IMG/VR virus record: IMGVR_UViG_3300037458_000126
Coordinates: 1 to 24,406 of that record
Length of the DNA stretch: 24,406 nt
Reading direction: 5' to 3' (one strand)
From: a virus
Taxonomy: Duplodnaviria; Caudoviricetes
This document shows positions 6,592 through 15,579 of this stretch, piece by piece (within the stretch, counting starts at the first letter, position 1; the number at the start of each line of letters is the position of its first letter). The position numbers and the translations under genes were made by a program. The notes beneath the pieces were generated by a model. That model did no database searches. It saw only the letters and a list, made by a program, of their open reading frames with translations, and had not been told where the DNA came from.

Positions 6592-7982
6592 GCGACGTAA
6601 AGCTCGCATACACCCCGATCCACACAACCACAACTAGGTTCCACCGCAGTAACGCCTTTGCCCGGTGGTTGATGGGTCCGCTTGGCTGCGGGAAATCGTA
6701 TGCCATCATGTGGGAAATTCTCATCAGGGCTGCTCAGCAGCCTGTAGGACCGACTGGAAAGCGCCGGTCGAGGGTGATCTTTACCCGGAACACACGGCAG
6801 ATGCTGCTGGACTCCGTGCTGCCGATCATGAAAGAGGTGCTGCACGAGGGTGTGATCGGGACGTGGAGGTCCAGTGAGAGTGTTTATCAGGTGCGGGTGA
6901 ACGACATCGAGTTGGATATCCTGTTGAGACCCCTGGAGGACGACAGCGACATTCGGCGGGTGCTGGGTATCAACGCGACGTTCTGCGTGATTGACGAGTG
7001 GCGAGAGATACCGGTTAGCACGATCATCCAGATCGCTGGTCGCGCTGGACGTTTTCCGGCGAAAGAGGAGGAAGGCTGCGCGTTTGCGGGTATCTTCGGT
7101 GCGTCAAACCCCCCGGTGGAAGGGTCGGACTGGCACACGACCCTGGAAGATGCCCGCCCGGAGGGGTGGGAGTTGTTCAAGTTCCCGTCTGCGCTATCCC
7201 CGGAGGCGACGTGGAAGCAGTTCCTGCGGGATGGGTACTATGAGCAGTTGATGGAAGGCGGCACACCGGACTACGTGCGCGTTATGATCGAAGGGAACTA
7301 CGGGCGTAGCCTGGATGGGCGCGCGGTGTACGAGACTACGTTCAAGCACGACTTCCACGTCGGGAAAGACCCCCTGGTGCCGATAGACCGGATGGGGCAC
7401 ACCGTGTTCGTCGGGATGGACTTTGGGCGGACGCCCGCTGCGGTGTTCGGGCAGAAGGACGCGCGAGGCCGGGTGTTAGTTCTGGACAGCCTGTACGCGG
7501 AGAACGTGGGCTTGGATAAGTTCCTGACAACTCAGGTGAAGCCGTTGCTCGCTAACAAGTACGCGAAAAACAAAGTGCTGGTGATCGGCGACCCGGCGGG
7601 TTGGGCGAAGACGCAGATATCCGAGGAGTCCGTGGCTGATGTGTTCCGCAGGCACGGCATGACCGCCCGTCGGGCACCGACGAACGACCCGGAGAAGCGC
7701 ATCGCCGCTGTAGAGCGGTTGCTGATGATGCAGAGCGATGGCGGGCCGATGCTGGTGTTCGACCACAGGCTCACTCACTTGCTGCGCGGCCTGAACGGCG
7801 GGTACAAGTACAAGCGTAAGCAGAACGGGACATACGAGGACGCCCCGCTGAAGGACGAGTTCAGCCACGACAACGACGCGCTCCAGTACCTCTGCCTTGG
7901 CGTCGAGATGGATGGTGGAGCCTACACTATGTATAACCAGCGACGCGAAGTGCAGCGAGTCAGTGCTGCCGGCTGGACATGA
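6588..7982 (+). CDS. terL: Terminase large subunit
   Basis: Walker A GPLGCGKS, Walker B CVIDE, ASNPP coupling motif, RNase H-like nuclease GMDFG...GDPAG...HDNDALQY. Confidence 0.95.
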   Translation: MSDVKLAYTPIHTTTTRFHRSNAFARWLMGPLGCGKSYAIMWEILIRAAQQPVGPTGKRRSRVIFTRNTRQMLLDSVLPIMKEVLHEGVIGTWRSSESVYQVRVNDIELDILLRPLEDDSDIRRVLGINATFCVIDEWREIPVSTIIQIAGRAGRFPAKEEEGCAFAGIFGASNPPVEGSDWHTTLEDARPEGWELFKFPSALSPEATWKQFLRDGYYEQLMEGGTPDYVRVMIEGNYGRSLDGRAVYETTFKHDFHVGKDPLVPIDRMGHTVFVGMDFGRTPAAVFGQKDARGRVLVLDSLYAENVGLDKFLTTQVKPLLANKYAKNKVLVIGDPAGWAKTQISEESVADVFRRHGMTARRAPTNDPEKRIAAVERLLMMQSDGGPMLVFDHRLTHLLRGLNGGYKYKRKQNGTYEDAPLKDEFSHDNDALQYLCLGVEMDGGAYTMYNQRREVQRVSAAGWT

Positions 7983-7984
7983 CT

Positions 7985-8015
7985 TGTTGACACGTAAGCA
8001 CATCCGAGCTATATA
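7985..8015 (+). promoter_or_regulatory. Portal promoter with overlapping operator-like palindrome
   Basis: TGTTGACACGTAAGCA (7985-8000); TTGACA-17 bp-TATATA (8010-8015). Confidence 0.65.
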
Positions 8016-8042
8016 GACGTAACGTCACCTCAAGCACCCGCC

Positions 8043-10136
8043 ATGCTCGCTCTAGTTCCAGTTGCCAGTGCGTCAGACCTGGAAGCCGCAGCCAAGCGCG
8101 AGGCGGAAGTCCAGAACAATCAGCCCGTGATCCAGGAGCTGGCCGCGCATGTGCGCCGCCGCTGGGAAGTCGCTAAAGATGCGAAGGACGACCTGGAGGA
8201 GCGGATGCTGAAGAGTATCCGCCAGCGGCGTGGTGAGTACGAGCCGGACAAACTCCGGGAAATCCAGCAGCAGGGCGGCAGTGAGATTTACGTGATGCTC
8301 ACGTCGGTCAAGTGCCGCGCGGCGACGAGCTGGCTGCGGGACTCCCTGCTGGGTACCGGCGCGGATAAACCCTGGTCGCTGAACGCTACCCCCGTGCCCG
8401 AGCTGCCCCCCGAGGTGACTGCCGGGTTGCAGAACGAGATGGCCCAGCTGTTGTTCCAACAGTACCAGATGGGCATGGCACCCCCCGACCCTGCTGCGTT
8501 GCGCCAGCAGGCCATGCAGATGAAGGACGTGGCGCTGCGTAAGCTCAAGGAAGAAGCGGAGAAACGCGTGGACCGTGCCGAGACTGGCATGGAAGACCAG
8601 ATGATCCAGGGTGGGTTCCGCAGCGCGCTGAGCGAGTTCATCGACGACATCGCCACGTTCCCGTTCGGCGTCCTGAAAGGGCCGGTGATCCGCAAGCGCA
8701 AGCAGCTCGAATGGCAGGGTGAAGCCCTGGTGCCGGTGGACCGGCTGGTCGAGGAGTGGGAGCGGGTCGATCCGTTTAACTTCTACTGGGCACCGTGGGC
8801 GAGTAACGTTGACGACGGGTTCGTGATCGAGCGGCACAAGATGACGCGGGATGACCTGGAGGCGCTGATCGGCGTGGAAGGGTACAGCGAGGCTGCGATC
8901 CGTTCGGTGCTGGTGGACTGGCAGGTGGGTAACCTGAACGAGTGGTTGTCGATAGACAGCGCCAAGGCCGACGCCGAAGGTAAAAGCGTTACCGACGTGA
9001 CGCACACGCCCGACCTCGTGGATGCGTTGCAGCTGTGGGACTCCGTGCAGGGGAAACTGCTGATCGAGTGGGGCCTGCCGGAGACCGAGATCGAGGATGC
9101 GATGCTGTCGTACCCGTGCGAAGTCTGGCTGATCGGTAATAAAGTGATCAAGGCGGTGTTGAACTACGACCCGCTGGGCCGGAAACCGTACTACGCCACC
9201 AGTTACGAGCGCGTGCCGGGTAGTCTGGCGGGTAACGGCGTGGCGGACCTGTGCCGCGACAGCCAGAACATGGTGAACGCCGCCGCGCGGGCACTGGCTA
9301 ACAACATGGGTATCAGCTCCGGCCCGCAGGTGGGCGTGAACGTCAGCCGGTTGCCCGCCGGGGAGAACATCACCCAGATGTACCCGTGGAAAATCTGGCA
9401 GTTCCAGGCGTCGGACTACAACGACGGCTCCGCACCCATAACGTTCTTCCAGCCGAACAGTAACGCGCAGGAGCTGATGGCGGTGTTCGAGCGATTCTCG
9501 GCCCGTGCGGACGAGGATACGGGCATCCCCCGGTACATGACCGGCGAGCACACCCCCGGCGTGGGTCGTACGTCGTCCGGCCTGTCGATGTTGATCAGTA
9601 ACGCCGGCAAGGGCATCAAGCAGGTCATCAGTAACATCGACAACGACGTGTTGGCCCCCCTGGTCGAGCGGCTGTACCAGCACAACATGCGTTACCACCC
9701 CGACCCCGAGCAGATCGGTGACCTGAAGGTGGTGGCGAAGGGCGCGATGTCCCTGGTCGTCAAGGAAGCCGAGGCGGTGCGCAGGAACGAGTTCCTGCAA
9801 ATGGTGCTGAACAGCCCGGTGGTGCAGCAGATCGTCGGCATGCCGGGTACTGCGGAGCTGCTTCGTGACGCCGCGAAGAGCCTGAACGGTAACGTCGATA
9901 AGATCGTGCCGGCGCGTGAGGATATCGAGGCGATGGTGGCGCAGCAGGCGCAGATGCAGCAGATGATGATGCAGGCGCAGATGCAGCCGGAGACCGAGAA
10001 CGTGGAGTTCCAGCGCGATGACAGCGGCGCGGTGACGGGCGCGACCCGTAAGAAACCCCGGCAATTATTGCCGGATGGCTCGCAGGTTGGCGGGCGCGAG
10101 AGTAATTTCATCAGCAGCAGGCCGAATAACCGATGA
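8043..10136 (+). CDS. Portal protein (P22-like podoviral type)
   Basis: 697 aa directly after terL; ERVDPFNFY, GNGVADL, ADEDTGIP, GRTSSGLSML and a Gln/Met-rich C-terminal helical tail. Confidence 0.9.
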   Translation: MLALVPVASASDLEAAAKREAEVQNNQPVIQELAAHVRRRWEVAKDAKDDLEERMLKSIRQRRGEYEPDKLREIQQQGGSEIYVMLTSVKCRAATSWLRDSLLGTGADKPWSLNATPVPELPPEVTAGLQNEMAQLLFQQYQMGMAPPDPAALRQQAMQMKDVALRKLKEEAEKRVDRAETGMEDQMIQGGFRSALSEFIDDIATFPFGVLKGPVIRKRKQLEWQGEALVPVDRLVEEWERVDPFNFYWAPWASNVDDGFVIERHKMTRDDLEALIGVEGYSEAAIRSVLVDWQVGNLNEWLSIDSAKADAEGKSVTDVTHTPDLVDALQLWDSVQGKLLIEWGLPETEIEDAMLSYPCEVWLIGNKVIKAVLNYDPLGRKPYYATSYERVPGSLAGNGVADLCRDSQNMVNAAARALANNMGISSGPQVGVNVSRLPAGENITQMYPWKIWQFQASDYNDGSAPITFFQPNSNAQELMAVFERFSARADEDTGIPRYMTGEHTPGVGRTSSGLSMLISNAGKGIKQVISNIDNDVLAPLVERLYQHNMRYHPDPEQIGDLKVVAKGAMSLVVKEAEAVRRNEFLQMVLNSPVVQQIVGMPGTAELLRDAAKSLNGNVDKIVPAREDIEAMVAQQAQMQQMMMQAQMQPETENVEFQRDDSGAVTGATRKKPRQLLPDGSQVGGRESNFISSRPNNR

Positions 10137-10525
10137 TCACGACCTGTATTCCGACTTCCGGCAAGACGTACTTCCTGGAGCGTGCGCTGGGCGACCAGTT
10201 CATGCTGGCGCTGTACACGAGTCAGGCGGACTTAGGCCCGGATACTACGGCTTACACGTCAGCAAACGAAGTGCGCGGGAAAGGGTACAAACCCGGCGGG
10301 CTGGCGCTCAAGAACCCCCGCGTCTGGGTAGATCGCGGCGCGGCATGCCTGACGTTCGACTCCGTGGCGATCCAGGTGGCGACGCTCACCGCGCGCGGGT
10401 TCCTGGTGTACAACAAGTCGCGGGATAACCGAGCGATCTTCGTAGGGGACTGGGGCGGCGAGTACACCTCCACCGAAGGCCCGTTCACGATCCCCATCGC
10501 CGCTGACCTTATCGTATTCGACTGA
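10133..10525 (+). CDS. Phage virion-associated beta-rich protein
   Basis: Pattern FMLALYTSQADLGPDTTAYTSANEVRGKGYKPGG...ARGFLVYN, common in phage structural regions; ATGA coupling to the portal gene. Confidence 0.65.
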   Translation: MITTCIPTSGKTYFLERALGDQFMLALYTSQADLGPDTTAYTSANEVRGKGYKPGGLALKNPRVWVDRGAACLTFDSVAIQVATLTARGFLVYNKSRDNRAIFVGDWGGEYTSTEGPFTIPIAADLIVFD

Positions 10526-10526
10526 C

Positions 10527-10700
10527 ATGAAAGACGATCTCCAGGGCTGGTACAACGTCTCCTCGCTCACGGGCCAGTGCGCGTGGTGCAAGAACAAGCT
10601 CGTCGAGAGTCACGTCATGGCGGCGTGTGAGTACGGCGATCCGCGTTTCCCGCATGCGACGAAGTGCGCTCACTATGAGCCGGAGGACTTGGACGAATGA
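10527..10700 (+). CDS. 57-aa Cys-rich putative metal-binding protein
   Basis: Not in the track. MKDDLQGWYNVSSLTGQCAWCKNKLVESHVMAACEYGDPRFPHATKCAHYEPEDLDE*; its stop overlaps the endolysin ATG. Confidence 0.65.
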   Translation: MKDDLQGWYNVSSLTGQCAWCKNKLVESHVMAACEYGDPRFPHATKCAHYEPEDLDE

Positions 10701-11125
10701 TTACCTCCGCCCAGGCTCTCAAACGCTACGGTGACCCTCGGGCCAACGAGGCGAAGCACATGGTTTTGTTGGACGTGCCGAGTGACTTGCTGATCGGCAC
10801 TGTCCCGCGCCGCATCTACTGCAACCGCGATCTGGTGAAGCCGCTGCTTCAAGCGTTTATGAATCTGCGCGATCGCGGGCTTAGTGACGAACTGAAGACC
10901 TGGGATGGGTGTTTCAACATCCGCAACAAGCGGACGGGTAGCACTCTCAGCCTGCATTCCTGGGGGCTAGGCGTGGATGCGAACGCAGCGTGGAATCGCC
11001 TTGGCAAACCACCTACCCTGTCGCCGGAGTTCGTGAAGTGCTGGACGGACGCCGGGTTCGACTGGGGTGGTCACTGGAAGTACCCAGACGGCATGCACTT
11101 CCAACTTGCGGAGTTTCCGAAATGA
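10697..11125 (+). CDS. Endolysin, peptidase M15 family (L-Ala-D-Glu peptidase-like)
   Basis: SLHSWGLGVD and FDWGGHW...DGMHFQL zinc-binding motifs; GGAGG SD. Confidence 0.9.
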   Translation: MITSAQALKRYGDPRANEAKHMVLLDVPSDLLIGTVPRRIYCNRDLVKPLLQAFMNLRDRGLSDELKTWDGCFNIRNKRTGSTLSLHSWGLGVDANAAWNRLGKPPTLSPEFVKCWTDAGFDWGGHWKYPDGMHFQLAEFPK

Positions 11126-11304
11126 AGAAGCCCGAACTGCAAGCTGAGATCGACCGCCTCACGCTGAGGCTAAACGTGTTGCAAGAACGCATCGTTGCCC
11201 TTGAGTCGCGCATGTGGGTTATTCCATCGCTTCCATATCAACCATTCGCCCCATTTGAACCATATCGTCCAGTTTGTGAAGGTGAAATCCCATGCGGTTC
11301 CTGA
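11122..11304 (+). CDS. 60-aa coiled-coil hypothetical protein
   Basis: ATGA overlap with the endolysin stop; MKKPELQAEIDRLTLRLNVLQERIVALESR. The track's 10990 start is unlikely. Confidence 0.65.
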   Translation: MKKPELQAEIDRLTLRLNVLQERIVALESRMWVIPSLPYQPFAPFEPYRPVCEGEIPCGS

Positions 11305-11846
11305 TCCTACTTCTCCTCCCCGCCCTGGCCTGGGCTACCCAGCCCGCGAACCTGCCGCACAGTGGGAACACGACCAACCACATCCAAGCATCCGCCAAGG
11401 CATCGGCTCTGAGCCAGTCTACGGCCGTCTCTGGTGCGGCGGCGATCTCTGGCGGCAACACCCAGTCCGTGAACGTGGGTGGCGGCAAGCAGGCCAACGC
11501 GCAGACGGTGAACGTCTCCGGCGACTCCTACAAGGAAGTCAAGCAGGCTCCCAACGTCTACGCGCCGACCATCCCGCCCACTGCTCCCTGCATGGGCTCC
11601 TCCTCTGGCGGCGGCAGTGGCTCCGGCTTCGGCCTGTCCTTCGGCACCTCCTGGACCGACGACGAGTGCAACACCCGCGAGACTGCCCGCCTGTTCAGCG
11701 GCATGGGGCTGGGTAGCGATGCCCTGGCCGTGCTGTGTTCCAGCAAGTTCGCCGCCGCTGCGCCGTCCTGTGCCGCGTTCCGCACGGTCGAGTGCCACAC
11801 CGATGAGATCGTCGCCAAGCGGCTCGGCGTTGGAGTGTGCAAGTGA
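11292..11846 (+). CDS. Exported Gly/Ser-rich, Cys-containing protein
   Basis: Signal peptide MRFLILLLLPALAWA; TAPCMGSSSGG...GLSFGTSWTDDECNTRETAR; six Cys. Confidence 0.75.
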   Translation: MRFLILLLLPALAWATQPANLPHSGNTTNHIQASAKASALSQSTAVSGAAAISGGNTQSVNVGGGKQANAQTVNVSGDSYKEVKQAPNVYAPTIPPTAPCMGSSSGGGSGSGFGLSFGTSWTDDECNTRETARLFSGMGLGSDALAVLCSSKFAAAAPSCAAFRTVECHTDEIVAKRLGVGVCK

Positions 11847-12094
11847 CCCTTTGGCGCCCCTACATCTCCAACTGCCTGATCTGGGCGCTGTGGATGCAGC
11901 TTACCCGAGGCGGCTGGGTGTGCTGGCGCAAATCGCACTATGGCTGGTGGCCGCATGCCATCTGGTCCATCGACCGCAAGACTTGGTGGGAGTACCTGCC
12001 GGTGGGGTTCTCTGGCCGGCTGAAGTGGTGGCAGGTGCTCTGGATCGTGATGTTCCGTGGCTCACCGCGAATGGTTGAAAGGAGCGAACTGTGA
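11843..12094 (+). CDS. Trp-rich small, probably membrane-associated protein
   Basis: GTGA overlap start; SNCLIWALW...HYGWWPHAIW...WWQVLWIVMFRG. Confidence 0.65.
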   Translation: MTLWRPYISNCLIWALWMQLTRGGWVCWRKSHYGWWPHAIWSIDRKTWWEYLPVGFSGRLKWWQVLWIVMFRGSPRMVERSEL

Positions 12095-12291
12095 AATTCA
12101 CCCATCCAGACGGCCAGTATGACAGCTTTAACGGGATGAACGTGTGGGTGCTACCGGACGACGATGAGCGCATGAAGGGCATCGCTGACGGAGACATTGG
12201 CAGCGATGGTGTGCGCTTCTACTGTCGAGAGAGCACTTGGCCAAGACTGCGTGATCTGCTGGTCGCCGAGATCGACGAGGCGCTGAAATGA
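12091..12291 (+). CDS. Hypothetical protein (66 aa)
   Basis: AGGAG SD; 4-bp overlaps with both neighbours. Confidence 0.65.
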   Translation: MKFTHPDGQYDSFNGMNVWVLPDDDERMKGIADGDIGSDGVRFYCRESTWPRLRDLLVAEIDEALK

Positions 12292-12536
12292 GCCTGAACG
12301 TGGTGGATTTCCCGAACCAATCGCTGGCAGATGTGCCGGCAAAACTGCGCGACCTCGCCGACTTGGTTGCGGAAAAGCACTTCGGCGAAACCGAGACGGT
12401 GGTTGTGGTGCTCAAGACGGATACCCACCTTGAGGTGTTCGGGCTTGGCGCGGAGGCTGACGGCACGGTGGCGCACTACCTGCTCCAGTGCGCTGCTCGG
12501 AAGATTGAGGATGCTCTTTTGGAGGCAGTGGTATGA
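12288..12536 (+). CDS. Hypothetical protein (82 aa)
   Basis: ATGA coupling; MSLNVVDFP...LRDLADLV. Confidence 0.7.
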   Translation: MSLNVVDFPNQSLADVPAKLRDLADLVAEKHFGETETVVVVLKTDTHLEVFGLGAEADGTVAHYLLQCAARKIEDALLEAVV

Positions 12537-12859
12537 GCAACGATTTCCGCCCAAGCTTTCCACGGAACGACGGCGCTGAGCGCTTCCTTCGCACCATGCT
12601 TGCGGCGGATAAACGCGCGGATATAACTGAAAAATTGCGCTGTGCATGCACTGGTTATACAGCCGCACATGGCTTGCAAACGCACGACGATCTATTGATG
12701 GAGGGGGCGCGTGAAATAGATCAACTCCGCGCCGCCCTGGCCCGCAAGGAAGCCGCTATGTCCGCCCTGCGCGAATGGATGCGCTACACCGACTGGCTGC
12801 GCTTCGCAGCGGACCACGAAGAGCACGCGGCGCAGTTTCCGGCATGGGAGAAGCCATGA
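12533..12859 (+). CDS. Hypothetical protein (108 aa)
   Basis: GGAGG SD and ATGA coupling; DITEKLR...LLMEGAREIDQLRAAL, a common small phage protein pattern. Confidence 0.65.
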   Translation: MSNDFRPSFPRNDGAERFLRTMLAADKRADITEKLRCACTGYTAAHGLQTHDDLLMEGAREIDQLRAALARKEAAMSALREWMRYTDWLRFAADHEEHAAQFPAWEKP

Positions 12860-13092
12860 CCCGCCCCCACTACCTCATCCGCCTGGGCGACGCTCTGTCG
12901 CAACTGCTCAACGTCGCCCTGCTGAATGGCGACGCCAACGAATCCATCTCCGGCCGCGCCCACCGCGAGGGCTGGAAGACTGCCGAGCGCATCATCAACT
13001 GGCTGCTGCGCCCGCTCGGCCCGGATCACTGCCGCACGGCGTATCTGGAGGATGTGGCGCGGGCATGGGAACTCGTGAAGGAGTCCGCATGA
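12856..13092 (+). CDS. Conserved-type small phage protein
   Basis: ATGA start at 12856; LSQLLNVALLNGDANESISGRA...IINWLL...DHC motif. Confidence 0.7.
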   Translation: MTRPHYLIRLGDALSQLLNVALLNGDANESISGRAHREGWKTAERIINWLLRPLGPDHCRTAYLEDVARAWELVKESA

Positions 13093-13313
13093 ACATCCGC
13101 ACACGCCGCTGGCTCAAGGGCATGAGCAAGTCTCTCACCGTCCACGCCGGCACGCTTGTCCTGGTGGTGGGCTACCTCCAGGGCCAGACCGAATGGATCA
13201 CGCGCCACTTCGGCGAGGCCGCGACCGGCGACGTGCTGATGGGGCTGGGGGTGCTGATGATCCTGCTCCGGGCCAAGACCACGCAATCGCTTGAGAGCAA
13301 GGGGGCGAAATGA
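13089..13313 (+). CDS. Putative holin (two hydrophobic segments)
   Basis: KSLTVHAGTLVLVVGYL and VLMGLGVLMILLRAKTT, basic termini, located in the lysis region. Confidence 0.6.
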   Translation: MNIRTRRWLKGMSKSLTVHAGTLVLVVGYLQGQTEWITRHFGEAATGDVLMGLGVLMILLRAKTTQSLESKGAK

Positions 13314-13672
13314 GTTACTGCCGATTCAGCAGCGACGACTGTCAGTGTGACGTGTATTGCTACGAGGATGTATCTGGTGGCTGGACTACGCACGTCGCCA
13401 GCAAGAGGGTGGTGTTTGACGTTCCATTACCTCCGCCTGTCGAGTATGTGCCCCACGCAGAAGCGTTTTTCGCGCGACTGGAAGCGGTGCGCGACATCGT
13501 AAAGTTATCTAAGCGCGTGCCAATCGGTCTGCCGTATGACGGCGAATCGTTCAACGATCCGACTCCAGGCGAAGCGGCGGACAGGCTGGAGATGCTGCGC
13601 GATGCCGGGTACAGGGTGCCGCAAAGCGCCATCGACATGCTGCGCGAAGAAGCGGCGGAAGTAACTGAATGA
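13310..13672 (+). CDS. Conserved-type phage hypothetical protein (120 aa)
   Basis: MSYCRFSSDDCQCDVYCYEDVSGG...LEMLRDAGYRVP; coupled to both neighbours. Confidence 0.75.
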   Translation: MSYCRFSSDDCQCDVYCYEDVSGGWTTHVASKRVVFDVPLPPPVEYVPHAEAFFARLEAVRDIVKLSKRVPIGLPYDGESFNDPTPGEAADRLEMLRDAGYRVPQSAIDMLREEAAEVTE

Positions 13673-14172
13673 TCCCCGCCTTCGCCCTCCGCTACCTCCC
13701 CCACGCCCTCGGCACCATCGCCGTGCTGGGTGCGATCTGGTGGGTCCATGATTCTGTATGGGACAAAGGCTATGCGCGTTGCGAAGCGGACTACGCCGCC
13801 CAATCTGCTGCTGCGGCGGCTCATGCGCGGCAAGACTATCTGGATGCCATTGCCAAGGGTGATGCGATTTCTGCGCGCCTTGCAGCATCCCAGGCCGAAA
13901 ACCAGAAACTGAGGAACCGACATGCGGACTCTGCTCGTTCTATTCTGGGCGTTTGCCCTGACAGCCTGCGCGTCCTCCACGACGCCGCCGCCGCAGGTAC
14001 AGAACTGCCCCCAGCCTCCAGCACACTTGCTGGTCAGACCGGACTCGTTGCGGCCAGTGCGATTGCCGTCGCCGTCGGAGAAAACTACGCCGATTGCCGT
14101 GAGTACGCAGAACGACTCAATGCGCTGATTGACTGGCACGAATCCCTGTCCAAGAAGAAAGAACAACAATGA
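13669..14172 (+). CDS. Rz: Inner-membrane spanin (Rz-like)
   Basis: N-terminal TM helix, Ala-rich coiled coil, LRVLHDAAA, C-terminal ENYADCRE...LNALIDW. Confidence 0.75.
   Translation: MIPAFALRYLPHALGTIAVLGAIWWVHDSVWDKGYARCEADYAAQSAAAAAHARQDYLDAIAKGDAISARLAASQAENQKLRNRHADSARSILGVCPDSLRVLHDAAAAGTELPPASSTLAGQTGLVAASAIAVAVGENYADCREYAERLNALIDWHESLSKKKEQQ
13922..14128 (+). CDS. Rz1: Outer-membrane lipoprotein spanin (Rz1-like), embedded in Rz in the +1 frame
   Basis: GAGGA SD; signal MRTLLVLFWAFALTAC with lipobox LTAC; Pro-rich mature part with CPQPPAHLL. Confidence 0.85.
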   Translation: MRTLLVLFWAFALTACASSTTPPPQVQNCPQPPAHLLVRPDSLRPVRLPSPSEKTTPIAVSTQNDSMR

Positions 14173-14507
14173 CCGACGAACTCAACGCCAAGCTCGACCT
14201 GCTCCACGCGAGGATGAGCACCATGGAACTGACGCTGGCCAAAGTGTCCGACGCCCTGGTGAGCATCGCCCGCATCGAGGAGCGCATGCAGGCTAACAGC
14301 GAGGCCCTGTCCCGCGCCTTTGAGGCCAACCACAAGCTGGCCGAGGCTCTATCCAAACACGAGCACCTTGCCGACGAGCGCATGCGCAAACTGGAGGAAG
14401 TCGCCCCCGTCCACAAGCTGGTGAGCGGCTGGGTGCTCGCCTGGATCGCCGGAGCCGTGGGGCTGCTGGGCGGGGTGGTGGCCAGCAAAGTGCTGGGCGG
14501 TAACTGA
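14169..14507 (+). CDS. Coiled-coil protein with C-terminal TM helix (holin/antiholin-like lysis accessory)
   Basis: LVSIARIEERM coiled coil followed by WVLAWIAGAVGLLGGVVA. Confidence 0.6.
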   Translation: MTDELNAKLDLLHARMSTMELTLAKVSDALVSIARIEERMQANSEALSRAFEANHKLAEALSKHEHLADERMRKLEEVAPVHKLVSGWVLAWIAGAVGLLGGVVASKVLGGN

Positions 14508-14541
14508 TTCACAACCTTTTTGTTTTTATGAGGACTTAACC

Positions 14542-15132
14542 ATGCTGACCGACACCGAATACAACGCCATGCTGGACGCCCGCCTGCCGAGTGGCGCCGG
14601 CAACCTGTACCTCTCCGCACATACCGACTACAGCGCCACCGGAGCCAACATGGTGGCAGGCAGCCGGACCAGCGCCAACTTTTCTGCCGCCGCGAGCCGG
14701 CAGAAGGCACTCTCCGCTGCGGTGGACCTCACCATCGGCGCGGGCAACACGGTCAAATGGATCGGCGTGTGGGACAGCACGCAGACCACCTTCAAGGGGA
14801 TGTACCCCAACGGCGGCTCGGACTTCACGTTCCAGCTTGATACGACCGCCAACGAGCGCATCTACGCCGAGGGGCACGGTCTGGTCAACAACGACAAGGT
14901 GGTGTTTCACAACGGCACCGCGCCCACCGGCCTGACCGCCGGCACGACCTACTGGGTTGTGGGCGTGACTGCTGGCGATCCCGACTACTTCCAGGTGTCC
15001 CTGACTCAAGGCGGCGCGGCGATCAACATCACCGGCCAGCATGCCGCGTCCTGCGTGTGCTCCAAGATCATCGAGGAGACCTACGCGGGCGCCGGTACGC
15101 ACCGGGTCAACACCATGACCATCAGCCTCTGA
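14542..15132 (+). CDS. Virion structural or tail-associated protein
   Basis: GAGGA SD; LYLSAHTD, TVKWIGVWDS, and an inserted HGLVNNDKVVF...PTGLTAGTTYWVV...FQVSLTQGGAAINIT module typical of phage tail proteins. Confidence 0.7.
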   Translation: MLTDTEYNAMLDARLPSGAGNLYLSAHTDYSATGANMVAGSRTSANFSAAASRQKALSAAVDLTIGAGNTVKWIGVWDSTQTTFKGMYPNGGSDFTFQLDTTANERIYAEGHGLVNNDKVVFHNGTAPTGLTAGTTYWVVGVTAGDPDYFQVSLTQGGAAINITGQHAASCVCSKIIEETYAGAGTHRVNTMTISL

Positions 15133-15150
15133 CCATGCGCGAGGGTAGCC

Positions 15151-15579
15151 ATGTCCCCCATTGAGATTAGAGCCGCCATTGCGGCGGACCCAGGCCTACG
15201 GGCACTGGTGCCGGATTGGCAAGCCCTGGCCGACGCCTTGTCCGCTGGCCGTACGAAGGTCGGCAAGCTGAGTGCGCACGATATCCGTCAATACTTGATG
15301 TTGGTCGATCTGCTGTTGCCAATCGAGTCGAGCCAACAGCCTTCATGCGTAGCTGCCGCGCGCGCCCTGGATGTGTTCCCGGTATTTGATCTGTCCAACC
15401 CTCTGATCGCGGCCAAGTTCTCTGCTGTCCTCGACGGGCTGGTGGCCGAAGATTTGATACCGGATTTTACTGAGATCAACAAGCAGACGATTCTGTCCCT
15501 GGCGGTGGAGCCTGATCCGGTAAGCGAGTATCAGGTGCGGGCAGCGGTCTATGCAGATAATGGGGACATGCTGGTATGA
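15151..15579 (+). CDS. Hypothetical protein (142 aa)
   Basis: GAGGG SD; coupled to the next gene. Confidence 0.7.
   Translation: MSPIEIRAAIAADPGLRALVPDWQALADALSAGRTKVGKLSAHDIRQYLMLVDLLLPIESSQQPSCVAAARALDVFPVFDLSNPLIAAKFSAVLDGLVAEDLIPDFTEINKQTILSLAVEPDPVSEYQVRAAVYADNGDMLV

Noticed and set aside
9944-9987. Repeat GCAGGCGCAGATGCAGC in the portal 3' end
   Set aside because: Encodes the ordinary Gln/Met-rich portal tail.
8073-10064. 663-aa minus-strand ORF
   Set aside because: Antisense shadow of the portal gene.
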